A DNA stretch of 64,000 nucleotides from Octopus sinensis (Eukaryota). This document shows positions 1 through 13,293 of the stretch, in pieces. Each line of letters starts with the position of its first letter. Position 1 is the first letter of the stretch. Both the position numbers and the translations under genes were made by a program. The stretch spans positions 163,928,001 to 163,992,000 of the forward strand of contig NC_042997.1 in assembly GCF_006345805.1 (NCBI RefSeq). The letters are read 5' to 3'. The notes below the pieces were generated by a model that worked only from the letters and a program-made list of their open reading frames with translations, was not told the DNA's origin and made no database searches.

Positions 1-152
1 TATATATATATATATTTATATATGTATGTATTTATATATGCATGTATGTATGTGTATATAATATATATAAATATATAAACACACACACGCATGCACACAC
101 ACACACACATGCATGCACACACACATGCATGCACGCACACACACACACACAC
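1..152. repeat. (TA)n/(CA)n compound microsatellite
   Basis: Direct inspection. Confidence 0.95.
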
Positions 153-154
153 AA

Positions 155-370
155 AGGCATGGGTTTGTGGTAAGCAGCTTGCTTCCCAACCACATGGCTC
201 CAGGCTCAGTCCCACTGTGTGGCTCCTTGGGCAAGTGTCTTCTACTATAGCCTCAGGTGGACCAAAGCCCTCTGAGTTGATTTGGAAGATGGAAACTGAA
301 AGAAACCTGTTGTATGTGTGTGTGTATATATATATATATGTATTTATATATATTTGTGTATATATATATA
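155..370 (+). mobile_element. tRNA-derived CORE-like SINE (family A), 5' part with internal (TG/TA)n
   Basis: gtggtaagcagcttgcttcccaaccacatgg...ccttgggcaagtgtcttctactatagcc...gatggaaactgaaagaa head shared with more than 10 copies in the window. Confidence 0.8.
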
Positions 371-409
371 TTTTATTAAATTAATTATATTTCACCCCTT
401 ATATGTATC

Positions 410-444
<35 letters not shown>

Positions 445-481
445 AGAGAACAAAGTGTACGTACGCCACTATATATATATA

Positions 482-676
482 TATAAAATAAAATACAAAA
501 TGGGACAAGAACGCAAAACATTCGGACAACTAGGTGATACAAAAAAGGACAACAAAACATGCAGATACATGATATGTTTTTTGTATCATCTATCTAGACA
601 TTTTGTTGTCCCTTTTCGTATCACATAGTTGTCCGGATGTTTTGCGTTCTTGTCCCATTTTGTATTTTATTTTATA
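482..676. repeat. Fold-back inverted repeat (~75-bp arms, ~43-bp loop) within (TA)n
   Basis: 482-557 (aaaataaaatacaaaatgggacaagaacgcaaaaca...) is the near-perfect reverse complement of 601-676. Confidence 0.9.
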
Positions 677-779
677 AATATATATATAAGAAGCAATTAT
701 AGAGGCATCAAACTCTTAGTCCAGGTAAATTATGGAGAGAGTACTTCTTGGTGCACTCAAGAATACCTGTACTCTGTAG

Positions 780-1052
780 CAGAAGTGCTAAGACAGGTCC
801 CATTGGTAGTGGTGAGGACTGACCTGCAAGAGTCCTGTGTCAGTGCCATGTAAAAAGAGTCCATGCAGTGGCATGTGAAAGTACCCAGTACACTTTGTAA
901 AGTGGCTGGCATTAGGAATGGCATCCATGCGTAGAAACCACACTAAATCAGACTGGAGTCTGGTGCAGCCTCCCAACTTGCCAGCTCTGGTCAAACTGTC
1001 CAACCCATGCCAGCATGGGCATCGGATTTTAAATGATGATGATGATGATGAT
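780..1052 (+). mobile_element. RTE LINE 3' UTR fragment with (GAT)n tail
   Basis: ggcattaggaatggcatcc...gtcaaactgtccaacccatgccagcatgg...taaatgatgatgat terminus shared by all RTE copies here. Confidence 0.8.
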
Positions 1053-2282
1053 CCCTTCAGGTAGAAGGCCCTACTCTATCTGTAGAAAAGGTGTAGGTAG
1101 AAATTCTATAAGATGTACTTGGTGCAAACTATGGACACATTAGAGTGCAACAATATCAGAGGAAGGTTAACAAGGAAAATAGCTTATGTGTGTTGAAGAT
1201 GCACAGGTACAATAAACACTGAAAATGTACAGAAAATAAACTCCATCAACTGCCAGTTGGGTGAGCTAGAGGTAGTAGATAGCTTCAATTATCTAGGTGA
1301 CTAAGTTAGTAGTGGTGGTGGATGCTCCAATAGCATAGTTGCAAGAATAAGAATAGGCTGGGCAAAGTCCAGAAAGCTCCTACCTCAGCTGGCAACAAAG
1401 GGCCTCTCCCTCAAAGTGAAATACAGATTGTATGATGCCTGTGTATGAACAGCTATACAACACAGCAGTGAAACATGAGCTGTAACAGCCGAGGACATGT
1501 GCAGACTGGAAAGAAATGAAGCCAGTATGCTTTGCTGGATGTGCACTGTCAATGTGCATGTACAACAGTACAACAGAGTGTAAGTGCCTTGAGAGAAAAG
1601 TTGGGCATAAGAGGCATCAGATATGGTGTGCAAGATAGATGACTGTACTGGTATGGTCATGTGATGTGTATGGATGAGGACAGCTGGGTAAGGAAGTCCC
1701 AATTTATGTAGAGGGAACCTGTGGTAGAGAGGTAGACCTAGGAAGACATGGGACAAGGTGGTGGAGCATGATCTTCGAACAATGGGCCTCACTGAGACAA
1801 TGATTAGTGACCAAGACTTTTGGTGATATACTGTGCTTGAGAAGACCTGTCAAGCCAAGTGAAATCATAGTCACAGCTGATAGTGGTATCACATAACTGG
1901 CACCCATGCCAGTGGCACATAAAAAACACCTTCCAAGTATTGGGCCTCATGGAGGCAATGTGGCCGATGCCAGTGGCACGTGAAAAGTTGGGTTTCATGG
2001 AGGCAATGTCAAAAGACTAAGAAAGTTGGCATTATGGTGTGCTTGAGAAGAAGACCCATCAAGCCAAGTAAAATCAAAGTCATGACAGACACTGGTGTCA
2101 CACATGCCGGTGGCATGTAGAAGCACTCATTACACTCTTGGAGTGATTGGCATTAGGAATGGCATCCAGCTGTAGAAACTATGCCAAATCAGACTGGAAT
2201 CTAATGCAGCCTTTCAGCTTGCCAGCCCTGGTCAATCCATTGAACCCATGCCAGCATAAACAATGGATGTTAGATGATGATA
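1053..2282 (+). mobile_element. RTE-clade LINE, 5'-truncated, degenerate ORF2 C-terminus plus 3' UTR
   Basis: Interrupted translation gives LEVVDSFNYLG, ARIRIGWAK, RLYDACV, WYGHVM, GRPRKTWDKVV; ends in the shared tail and gatgatga. Confidence 0.85.
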
Positions 2283-2289
2283 TATCAAT

Positions 2290-2480
2290 GTGTGTAAGTC
2301 TTTGTGTTTTTCCTCTCACCACAGCTTGACAACCAGCATTTTGGCAAAAGAGACTGATAGAATAAATACAAAACTTAAAAAAATAAGTCCTGAGGTCAAA
2401 CTGTTTGATTAAAACCCTTCAAGGGGGTGCTCCAGCACAGCCAGTCTAATGACTGAAACAAGTAAAAGATAAAAGACAAG

Positions 2481-2547
<67 letters not shown>

Positions 2548-2768
2548 TGTGTGTGTGTGTGTGAGTGTCTATGTGTCAGTGTTTGTCCCCCACCACCACT
2601 TATCAGTTTATATTTAGATTCCTGTAACTTAGGAGTTTAGCAAAAGAGTCCCAAAGAATAAGTACCAGGCTTAAAAAAAAAGTTATTGTTGTTGATTTGT
2701 TTGGCTAAAAGTTTTTCAAGTGAGTGCCCCAGCATGGCCACAATCTAATGATAGAAACAAGTAAAAGG
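2290..2768 (+). mobile_element. Two SINE family A 3' halves flanking a long (TG)n (2482-2562)
   Basis: ggcaaaagagactgatagaataa...ccagcatggcc...aatgactgaaacaagtaaaag motif occurs twice. Confidence 0.75.
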
Positions 2769-2904
2769 TAACACATAATATATGTGTGCATATTTGTGTG
2801 TGTATATATATAGATGAGAGGCAGAGCAGACTTGACACTGACAGATTGGGTGCAAGAGACTGTTGCAGTGAGTGTATAAATATAAAGATAATACTTTTTA
2901 GGAC

Positions 2905-3690
2905 ATCCTTTCACTGTGACAACTGGATTTTCTAGAGTACATCAATCATCTTAGTACTTTGTCATCTCCTCTGTGAGGATCAACATATTGGAATCAGCCT
3001 TCAATTTTTTTTGTCCTATATGTTCGTGGGTCTCCCTTTTCCATAAATTTCATCCACTTTAAGTGACTAGCACTTCTTTATACAACTGTCCTCATCCATA
3101 TATATCACATGACCATATTAATGCAGTCTTCTTTCTTGCACACTATATGTGATTCTTCTGATGACCAATTTTTTCCCCAACACATTTGAATTTTGTTGTA
3201 CAAGCACACTGATATTACATATCCAACAGGGCATAGTAACTTCATTTCTTTCTTGTCTTCACATGTCCTCTGCATTCAGGGCCTATATTTTTATTACCAG
3301 GTAGCATTGTTATTCATACACAAGCATTATAAATTCTGCCTTTCACACTGAGAAAGAGTAATGTTTTGTTACCAACAGAAATAATAGCTCTCTGAACTAT
3401 CTCCATCTTATTCTAGAAACTATACTTTCAGAACATCCTCTTCCACTGCTAATTAGGTTACCTAAGTTTCAGAAACTATCTATTTCCTCTAGGAAGCCTC
3501 CTAGGCATTTGAGAAAATCTATTTTCAGTATATTCTTAGTGTTTATTGCTCCTGCACATCTGTCACATACAAAGTCTACTTTCGCCATTAACCTTCTTGT
3601 AATTCCACTGCACGTTTCGTATGTCTATAGCTTGCACAGTGTACACCAATAGAAATTCTACTTACACCCTTTCTTCATATCAAGCAGAGG
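2905..3690 (-). mobile_element. RTE LINE fragment (degenerate)
   Basis: Reverse-complement homology to 1053-1830 (NLGNLISSG, RIRWR, YGHVI motifs). Confidence 0.8.
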
Positions 3691-3751
3691 AATTATATAT
3701 AATATCTGTATATGTATGTAGGTGTGTATATATTTCAAAAGTAACCAATAA

Positions 3752-5345
3752 TGTCGTCGTCGTCATCATCATCATCATAATCTAACATCTGTTTTCCATG
3801 CTGACATGGGTTGGACAGTGTGACAGGAGCTAGCAAGGCTAGGAGCCATACCAGGCTTCATTGTCTGTTATGGCCAAGTTTCTATTGCTGGATGTTCTTC
3901 CAAATGCTAATCACTTTACTGCATGTATTGAATGCTTTTTATGTGGCACTATCATTGACAGGATCACCAGATTCCTTGTAAAGTGAAAAAGTGAGAGGAG
4001 GGAGTAGTGCTGAGCGGGCAGTGGCTTTGTGCCAGTGAAGGTATAGAGGGCCATAAATAGGTATCTTGCTGTAGTGTAGATACATGGATACCCCAGTTGG
4101 AGAGGGAAGGAGAGTCAGTTAGAGAGTAAGATTACGAGAGTGATAAGGAGAGACATGAGTCTTGAGGGGTTTGGGGATGGTGAGAATAGGTGAAGTGATA
4201 GAGGTTTGAGCTGAGTGAGTAGGTAGGATAGAGGTAACTGTTGCAAATGATTGAGACAAACTTAGCAGAAGTTTAGGGAAGGGAGTTGCAGTAGTTATGT
4301 GAGGACATTGAGGGTGAAAGCAGAAAGGAGCTGGTTGGTGGAGACAGTAGACAGGTGAAGATAATGAGAAATATAAGTGGTTTAGGACTGGGAAGAGAAG
4401 TAACTAAGAAAGTTGGTGGGTGTAGTATGTGCCTAACCTGCTTTCAGATAATAGAGAAATGATGAGTGTTATGGGATGAAATGTGGGTGGGGGGATGACA
4501 GAGGCAGAGAGGATGGGGGTGAAGTGGGGCAGAGTCCCTCACAGACAAGCATTACTAAGGTGGTTTTAGGATATCAATTTTGCTGTGGTGGGTGGATCTT
4601 CTTGAGTACAGCAAGGCACCAAATATCTCAGTCCTTGTCTTCTTTTTCATAAGGCTCAGCATCTTGAGATTGACCTTCAGTACTGCATTCCATGTCTTCC
4701 TAGGTCTCCCTCTTCTACAAGTTCCATCCACTTTAAGTGATTGGAATTTTTTTATGCAACTGTCCCAACTGTCCTCATCCATATGCATCACATGACCAAA
4801 CCTGTGCAGTCTTCTCACTTGCACACTGCATCTGATTCTTCTTATGCCTAAATTTTCTCAATACACTATTACTATGTTGAACATGTACACTTACATTGTA
4901 TATCCAGTGAAGCATACCAACTTCATTCCTCTCTCATCTTTGCATGTCCTCTACATTGAGGGCCCATGTCTGACAACCATGTAGCATTGCTATTTATACA
5001 CATGCATCATACAACCTTGCTTTTACTCGGAGACAGCAAGACCTTCAGTTGCCAACAAAGATAAAAGTTCTCTGAACTCTTCTCATCCTATTCTTATTCC
5101 AGAAATTACACTTTCAGTACATGCTCTTCCACTGATAATTAGGTTACCTAGGTAGCAGAAATTATCCATTACATCTAGAGTGCTTTCAGGACATTTGAGA
5201 AAATCAATTTCCAGTAGTGTATCTGGACACTTTATAGCTCCTGTGCATCTTTCACATACAAACCCTACTTTCTCTGTTAACATTCTTATTATTCTGCTGC
5301 ATCTCTTGTGTATCCATAACTTGCACTGGGTGCACCAAATGGAAT
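3752..5345 (-). mobile_element. RTE LINE fragment with long pyrimidine-rich 3' UTR and (GAT)n tail
   Basis: ORF-track pieces FCYLGNLIISG (5083-5283) and FGHVMHMDEDS...GRPRKTW (4555-4824); tail reverse complement at 3752-3960. Confidence 0.8.
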
Positions 5346-5515
5346 TTCAGATCAATGTTTGTTTTTATGCCAAGTTATGCATGAAAAGCAGTTTAACATT
5401 AAACTGAAGAATTACTCAATACTTTTTGGTGGAGTATATGTTTATTAAACTTTTACAAAACTAACAAACTTCTTAACTACCCTGCTATGCCTGTATAGCT
5501 GCATACACACACATT

Positions 5516-5972
5516 ACTATCATTATCATTTTAATGTTCCTTTTCTATGCTTGCATGGGTCAGATGGAGTTTACTAAGATTTTCTATAGCTGCATGTCCT
5601 TCCTGTCACCAACCCATACCTGTTTCAGAGCAAGGTAATATCCCCTGGCCAGACATTTTTCCACAATCAGAAATGATAACACTCATTTACAACAGTCATG
5701 TGATGTCAAACAAGGTGACACAAAGATACACACATTCACACTTACATATACATATACACAGATTTACACATACATACATACATATATGCATATCTATATA
5801 CAAACATGCACACAATGGTCTTCTTTTAGTTTCCCTCATACAAATCCACTCACAAGACTTTAGTGGACCCAAGGTTATCATAGGAGACACTTGCCCAAAG
5901 TGCTATGCACTGGACTGAGCCTGAAATCATGTAATTTGGAAGTGAACTTCTTAACCACACAGCTACACCTGC
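5516..5972 (-). mobile_element. SINE family A2 (family A head, microsatellite, RTE-like tail)
   Basis: Head agacacttgcccaa...ttaaccacacagc; tail rc of gacaggaaggacatgcagctatagaaa...ctgacccatgcaagcat...ttaaaatgataatg. Confidence 0.7.
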
Positions 5973-7124
5973 AGATACATACATACATATATATATATAT
6001 ATGAATGAGAGACACAGGGAGAGAGATTGATATTGCCAGTTAGACTGACAAAAGAAATAATTAAGTCTAAAGCAAGATGAGTAAACACATGATTTGATAT
6101 ATAGATTAGTAGGTTTCACTAATTTATCAGAAGCAAAATAAGAAAAAAATACAAACTGAAAGGAACAAATAAGAATGTTTAATAGGCAGTCATAATACAA
6201 GTCTGCAGACAATTCTAAAGCAGTCTATACTTGGTTAAACAACACAATTCAATATTGTCTGCTGATAAGATTCTGCTATTCACCAAACTTCTGTGATTTT
6301 TATCCAAAGTAAATATAAGTATCTTAGACAATACTACCAAAATGATTGAATGAAAAAAAAGTAATTCTCGGTGGAATTTTGGATACAATTTCTAAAAACC
6401 AATAAAGAACACGTTATGATGATTGTGTTTCTAGAGAGTTTTTGTTTAAAATATTCACCTATGAAGAAGACACACTTCCTATGTACTACATCTTAAAGGT
6501 GTCAAAGGTGAGAATTGAGAATCATACTTTGGGTGTCAGGATGACGGCTAAATGTGTAAAGTGTTAAATTTTTATTTTGTCACTTGGGCGATAAATGATT
6601 TGTGAAAGGAAGCCCATTTAAATTTTGAAAACAGAGCAAGCATTGTGTAAGTAATTATTGTTTTGTTTTGTATAAACTTTAACTCTTAACCCTTTAGCAT
6701 TCAAAATACTCTATCAAATGTAATACCTATTTATTCATGTTGTTTTGAATTAATCATGCATTATCTTTATTTGTTTCCAACAATACAATGTGATGTAGGG
6801 CAGCACATAGTTTAACAAAATAAAAGTCCTACTATAAGTATTATAGATCATTATAGATTTTTTTTCATGGAACACTGACACTGGTAACTATGCAGTGAAG
6901 TAAACCATGAAATATAGTAAGTGTAGTGAAGATGAAGCTACTAAAAGCTTGCATTATATTGCCAATTAATGATCAGCCAAATTAAGGATATTGTTTTGGT
7001 TTGTTTCTCTATTCAGTTTGTGAAACTTTGTAATTTCAGTCTATTAAATGCAAAAGTTGCACAAATTTTAGAGTAGCCCTCTTGTAGTGTCGAACTTCTC
7101 AAGTCTACTTTTCTTTATCTTTAA

Positions 7125-7344
7125 CCCTTTCATTACTGTATTTCTTTTGAAATGCTCTGTGTTTCTTTCAATGACTTTAAATATTACAAAGAATTTAGTA
7201 AAATAACTTAGTTATCATTAAGCTAGTGTTAGGAACATAAATTGTAACTAAGGTTTGGGGGAAGATTTTAATTCAAAACTTATGGAAACAAGACATTTGT
7301 ACTCAGAGCCAGAGCCGGTTTCAGCCGGGTTGGTAATGAAAGGG
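7125..7344. mobile_element. piggyBac-type MITE (family P1) with TTAA target duplication
   Basis: ttaa|ccctttcattac ... gtaatgaaaggg|ttaa; homologous copy in opposite orientation at 31948-32156. Confidence 0.85.
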
Positions 7345-8409
7345 TTAACAAGTAAAGATTTTTAATCTTTTATTATTTATAACTGTAACAACCTATTGGT
7401 TATATTCCCACGTTGAGAGAATTAATGAAGCATTATTATATCATAACATGTTTTTTATACAGCATTAACTGGATGACATGGCTTGCTATGAAGGTGTACA
7501 CACAGATACTCATACATGCGCTCTCTCTCTCTCTTTCATATACATACACACATGTGCATGCATGTGCATGCATGCACACACACACACACACACAAACACA
7601 AACACACACACACAAAGTAGGAATTATCTATGAAGTTCTTAACCACTGCCCTTGTTACATAATTTACATGCTGAATGTTATTTAATTTCTTTCTACAAAT
7701 AGAATGCAGTTTTTCTTTTCTGTGTACATAAGGTCTTTGCAAGGTTATTATAAACAATGACTATTTCATTGTTTTCACTTTCTTTTACATCATATTCAAT
7801 GCAACACATTTAATACCCAGCTAACCTTATAATTTCCATACTTCCAAACAAATTCTTCAGAGAACTCTACCAATAATTACTGTGATGTGATCTATCAACA
7901 AAAATTTTCACTTCTGATCTCAATGGATTTAATGAACAGAACTTAAATGCATAGCTACTTTACATTACAACTTTTCAACAAATTTATTATTAATGCTGAC
8001 ATCATTTTTACACATAAAATTTATGTGTCATTGCAAGTTGCACAGGCCATTACTTACTTTAAGATAATGCATTGCTTAGCACACTATATCACAAAAAGTG
8101 TATGAAGAATCAGAAAATTAAATTATGACGACAGTAAAACAGTTTCAGTATAAGGTTCTAAGTTACTGAAAAGTTAGCATTAATATTGTTAACATTAATA
8201 GTAACAGGCAAAACAAATGTAACAGCTTTTTATAAGTATCAAAGAACTGAGACTAAATTTTACATAACTTACAATACCTTTCAAATATCTTTACAAAGTA
8301 TAATTCTACATAAAATGGTCATTGTATTTGAAAACTAAAATAGTCTGTGAAATTCATTTATATTTATCATTAAAAGTTAGCAGCAATTTCAATACAAATA
8401 ACAACTTAC

Positions 8410-8511
8410 AAGAAGCACTTTAACACAGGAGACAGCTGTGGGGTCTCTACTGCTAGCAGCCCAATGGAGGGGAGTTTTACCTTCACTGTCTGGAATGCTG
8501 ATATTGGATCC
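8410..8511 (-). CDS. INVS: Inversin internal coding exon, 102 nt, phase 0/0
   Basis: Minus strand: aattttcag|GGATCC...GTGCTTCTT|gtaagt = GSNISIPDSEGKTPLHWAASSRDPTAVSCVKVLL. Ankyrin GxTPLHxAA motif; colinear with recalled human inversin DSNIGIPDVEGKIPLHWAANHKDPSAVHTVRCIL; continues the 61566-61631 exon in frame. Confidence 0.92.
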
Positions 8512-9399
8512 CTGAAAATTGATATAAAAAAAAATTACTATGAACTGCAAAACAAATTTAGAAAGTTATTCTAGTTGAATAATACAATAATTCAATTAAT
8601 TAATTTTTAGCAACAGAAGCAGCATTAATGCCAAAAAGTAATCTTTATATCCAACTTAAAATGGATGCCTTGTTAGAACACTAAGTATTGTCTTATTATC
8701 CTTGAGAGATCCTCTCATATAGATATTTGGAGCATAAAAGCACACACATAAATCATAGCAGATGGATTTCGTCTGTCATGGGTGCTGGAATTCCCATATC
8801 ATGTGATTTCGGTCTACACCCTGAAATCCAGGAAAATAAAGCTTTATAATGGTTTTCTTTAAGGAAGCTTTAAAGCACGTTGGTATATAAGTATTTTGTA
8901 ACAAGAATTTTCTGATAAGCTTTTCAGGCTTGTTGAGTTTTCATTGAAATGACAATTTTAGGGTTCCTTGATAAAAAAAATGTGATTGTAACTGCAACAG
9001 ATTTTCAGCACAGTTTACCTTGCAAGAAACTAATATATTTCTCAGTTAATCAGAATTGCTTAACATAACAGATGTCTGGGATTAAAAAGCACCTTCCAAA
9101 AAGTAACGTATTTGCTTTTTTATTCTAGAAAATTTGAGGCCAATGTTTTATGAGCAAAGAAGAGTATTTAGCTGAGTCTATATTGATATACCCATACTGG
9201 TATGTAATACTTTTGATAAAAAAGAAAACTAAACCCCTTTCTTGCAGGATTTCAAATTACAAATATAAGGCATCAAAACAAGATGGTATTACACATTTAT
9301 CCATTTGTGCTTGGAGTTCTGTGATGCAACTGATTCACCCATTTACAATACTACCTTCAGGAAACCTGCCAGCAACCTGATCACCTACCAATCAGATGA

Positions 9400-11512
9400 A
9401 TATAAGAGACAAATATCATCAGGGTAAGAACTAGATAAACTCAGAGACACAAGATAATCTGGAAAAGGAAGGTATGGAAATTGAAAGATTCTTCAGCTAG
9501 GTGCAGGTTCAAACAATTACAATACACTATAGAAATTGAGAGACAAATTTGAAAAGATTGCAAGAAAAGGAGCAACCAGGAGCAAAATCAAGTACGTAGA
9601 AGAGAAGTTAGATGTATACCTGTAAACCAGTATAAAGCAAGACATCAATGGGGAAAAGTGTATATGGAATAATTGTGGCTCACATGTCATCACTAAAACC
9701 ACAGAAAGAATTATAGAATATATGATTAGGAAGAGAATTAATTTTGATGAGATGCACATAAATTAGTTTAGATAACTTCAAGTTTGTGCCAGGATAGGAC
9801 ACCCTTAATGTTCTCTTCCTTGTGAGACAACTCTATCTAGTATTTGTTAACTTAGAGAAGACCTTTGATAAAGTACAATGTACCATGCTTACCATGCTCT
9901 TTAGTCTGGTGGTCAGTAAGAAAAAATAAGTGTAGAGGAATGACTTCTGAGAACCAGGCAAGACATGTACAAAGGTATTGGACAAGGTGAGACTCAGCAA
10001 AAAATTCAGTGAGGAATTTAGTGTACAGATAGGTATCTATTATGGCTCAGTTCTCAGCCACCACAGTTTACTACAATTCTCAGTAACAAAGGAAGTCCTG
10101 AATGCCAGTAACCAAGTTCTCATATCTGAATCTGAGGAACACTTAAAGAATTTTCAAACACAGAAACAAAATCTAGAGCTGGGATGCTTCAAAGTAAACC
10201 AAGCAAAGGTAAAACCATTAGTTAGCTTTACTAACAGCAATGAGCAAACTTTACTGTCAACTGAAACATCTAAGAAGTGGTCATACTTGGTATGAAGAAA
10301 AGGTGAAAGTAGGAAATACATGAGCTATACCAAATGTATAGTATGGGTACATGAGATGTGCACTTGACCATAGGTAAACTGACAAAAAAGACTTTGTATG
10401 TAGCAGATGCACAATAGTAATCAGTAGTAAGAGTGTCTGTAAATTAAATTGCTTCCAAAGCAAAGAAGGTACCTTAATAGATGTTAAAAGTTTCTGTTAC
10501 TTTGGTGACCTAATCAGTAATGGAGGCGTGTGTTCTAAAAGCAACAGTAACCAGAATAAGAATGGAATGGAAAAAAAATCAAGATTTTATCTCTGCTGGA
10601 AACAAAGGGTTTCTTTTTTTTTGAGTGAATGATAGATTGTATGACAGCTGCACACATAGTGTGATGTTGCATGACAGCAAAACATGGGCATTGAATGTGA
10701 AGGAAGTATAAAGGCTGCAAAGAAATTAGACATATATGCTCCACTTTATGTGTAATGTCAGCATACATGAATGATGGAAAACAAATAAGTTGAGAGAAAA
10801 ACTGGGTATTTGAAGAATCAGCTGAAGTGTGCAGGAGAGAAAACTGTTTTAGTATGGACACGTAATACATATGAAGGATGAGAGTTAGGTAAATAAGCAT
10901 CAGGTGATTCTATTGGAAAGCTGCTGCAGAAGAAGACTGAGGAAGACACCAGAAATAGAGAAGGCTGATCTCAAGAGATGTGCAAACGAGATGATGAAGA
11001 AATGCAACAAATATTGAGATATTTCACTGGCAAAAATGTGCCTAATCCATGCAAGAGCTAGAAAATGGAAAAGATGATGATAATGATGAAAAATGTGGTG
11101 GACATTTAAGGTGATGATGAAACTATAAATACTGAAGAGGTAAAGATATAAACTATGATATAATGTGGACTATCCTCTAAAGCAAGATGCCTATACATGT
11201 CTCTCCATCATACTTTAGCCTCTCACCACCTGGTATGAAGCTACCTCTCCCTCCCTAATCCTCCCATCACTCTCCCTCATGGAAATTGTTTTTCTTTTTC
11301 TGACTTACAATTTACTTAGCAACTTCACTACAGCTGGTGGCATGAACAAAAGCACTCAGTACATACTCTAAGGTGGCTGGTTTTAGGAAGGCCATCCAGT
11401 TGTAGTAGACATGCCAAAGCTGACACTGGAACTCAGTGAAACTCTACAGCTCACTGGATGCTGTCAAACCATCGAATCCATGCCAGTATTGAAAACAGAT
11501 ATTAAATGATCA
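9400..11512 (+). mobile_element. Long degenerate RTE LINE (RT domain to 3' tail)
   Basis: Interrupted RT motifs FVPG.G, FLVRQL, VFVNLEKTFDKV (9780-9875), FCYFGDLISNGG (10490), pyrimidine-rich UTR, shared tail at 11370-11510. Confidence 0.75.
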
Positions 11513-11529
11513 TAATTATATATATATAT

Positions 11530-11940
11530 ATTATTTCTTTCAGTCATTTGACAATGGCCATGCTGGAGCACCACCTTTAATCAAACAAATTGACCACAGG
11601 ACTTAGTCTTTGTAAGCCTAGTACTTATTCTATTGGTCTCTTTTGCCAAACTGCTAAGTTACGGGGGGCATGCACACACCAACATTGGTTGTCAAGAAGC
11701 GATGATTGGGGAACAAACACAGATACATAAACACACCCACATATATATACGACAGGTTTCTTTCAGTTTCTGTCCACCAAATCCACTCACAAGGCTTTGG
11801 TCAGCCTGAGGTTATAGTAATTGCAACAGGTTTTCAGATGCCTGGGATTAAAAAGCACCTTCCAAAAAGTAACATATTTTCTGAACCCAGACCCATGTGG
11901 TTGGTAAGTAAGCTACTTACCATACAGCCACTCTTGTGCC
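11530..11940 (-). mobile_element. SINE family A copy carrying a 61-bp foreign insertion (11820-11880)
   Basis: Matches other family A copies except that gaagacacttgcccaaggtgccacgcagtggga is replaced by sequence matching 8988-9113. Confidence 0.85.
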
Positions 11941-11950
11941 TATATATATA

Positions 11951-12797
11951 CTAGCTGACATACCCAGTAATTCCTGGGAAAGCAGAGCTTATCTCTTGGT
12001 TCCATTCTCATAATTGTTTCGCTAAGCCAATAACAACAATACAAAGTATGTAGCCCTTAAAACGGTTTTTGTGTATTTACAGAGAACACCGAACAGTCTT
12101 ACACAGGATCTTGTTTTTAGGAATTCCCAATAAGTTATGAATACCCAAATTGTGAAGTTAGTTATGTAATAACATGAAATTAGTTACCTGATAGTAAGAA
12201 TTCAAATAAAGTAGCCCCAGAAAGGGCTTTAATGCATTCCCAGAGTATATAGAACATAGGAGGAAATATTAATAAGGTATGTATACTAAAACTGTGAAGC
12301 ATGTTACATAACAGGCTAATCAGATATGAGATAATAACAATTCAAAGTAAATAACTCTGAAAAGGGCTTTTGTGCATTCCCAGAGAATATTACCCTCAGG
12401 GGTGCTAGTGTTGGTATATTCGTGACTAAGTCACCAATTGAAATAAGTGGATCTATTGTTTAGGAAAATACTATTTACTTGTTTAAGGGTTGTACTGGAT
12501 AAATTGCGAAAATAACTCAAGCAGTTCAAATACTAAGAAATAAGCATACTCAATTTGATTTATACCAAATAATTTAGGAAAATGAATGGATTATTTCCCT
12601 TGGCGATATATAAGGATCCCTTCCAGGGGCCATATTATCGATTTTTTTTTCAACAATCTGAGTATGTCATGAAGTTTCCAGACATGAGTTCTATTCACAT
12701 ATCAAGTTTCATCAAAATCGATAAAACGATATAGGAGGAGTTAGCTAACAACTCCACAAACACACCCACAGACAGAATTTCCTACATATGTAGTAGA
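11951..12797 (-). mobile_element. Non-autonomous Helitron
   Basis: Minus strand begins A|TC at 12797 and ends CTAG|T at 11951, with a cccag/ctggg hairpin (11963-11978) just upstream of the 3' end. No TSD. Internal ~150-bp subrepeats; aagtttcatcaaaatcg...acagacaga subterminal motif typical of invertebrate non-autonomous Helitrons. Confidence 0.8.
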
Positions 12798-13293
12798 TAT
12801 ATATGACAAGAAATAAATTTTCATTTCTTTTTATGGAAACAATATATATATATGACTGTAAAATAGAAGTACTCAAGTGAAATTGAGACAAAGAAATCAT
12901 TGATTGGAGAGCAAACATCAAATTCAGGCCAACAACTTCATTTAACCCCATGCTTCTATACATTTCATCCTTTCCAAATAATACTATGACCTTCAACATA
13001 AAAGAAATACATATATAAGCACAGAAGGTAAATATATATATATATATATGCACATATAAAAATACAAAATATATAGAAAGTCCTGTCAAAGAAAGTATAT
13101 ACAGATTGACTAAAATAGGTAATCAAAATTACTAAACCATATCAATCAACTAAAAGATTTTTTAACCCTCGATTAAAATATATATTAAAATAGTTTCTTT
13201 TTAAAAAGAAGCAATCAAAAAATTTACAAAAAAGCAAACTTCTTCCACAAGTGAACACTTATGGGCTTGAAAAAGTTCACATAAATTCTTTAA

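Noticed and set aside
1-8409. Next inversin exon (WQDYEGRT-like) and previous exon (61632-64000)
   Set aside because: Searched by eye on the minus strand and not found; they presumably lie outside the window.
8600-8820. Alternative minus-strand acceptor (tttcctggatttcag at 8821-8835) upstream of the 102-nt exon
   Set aside because: Followed by an early stop, no good donor and no similarity to inversin.
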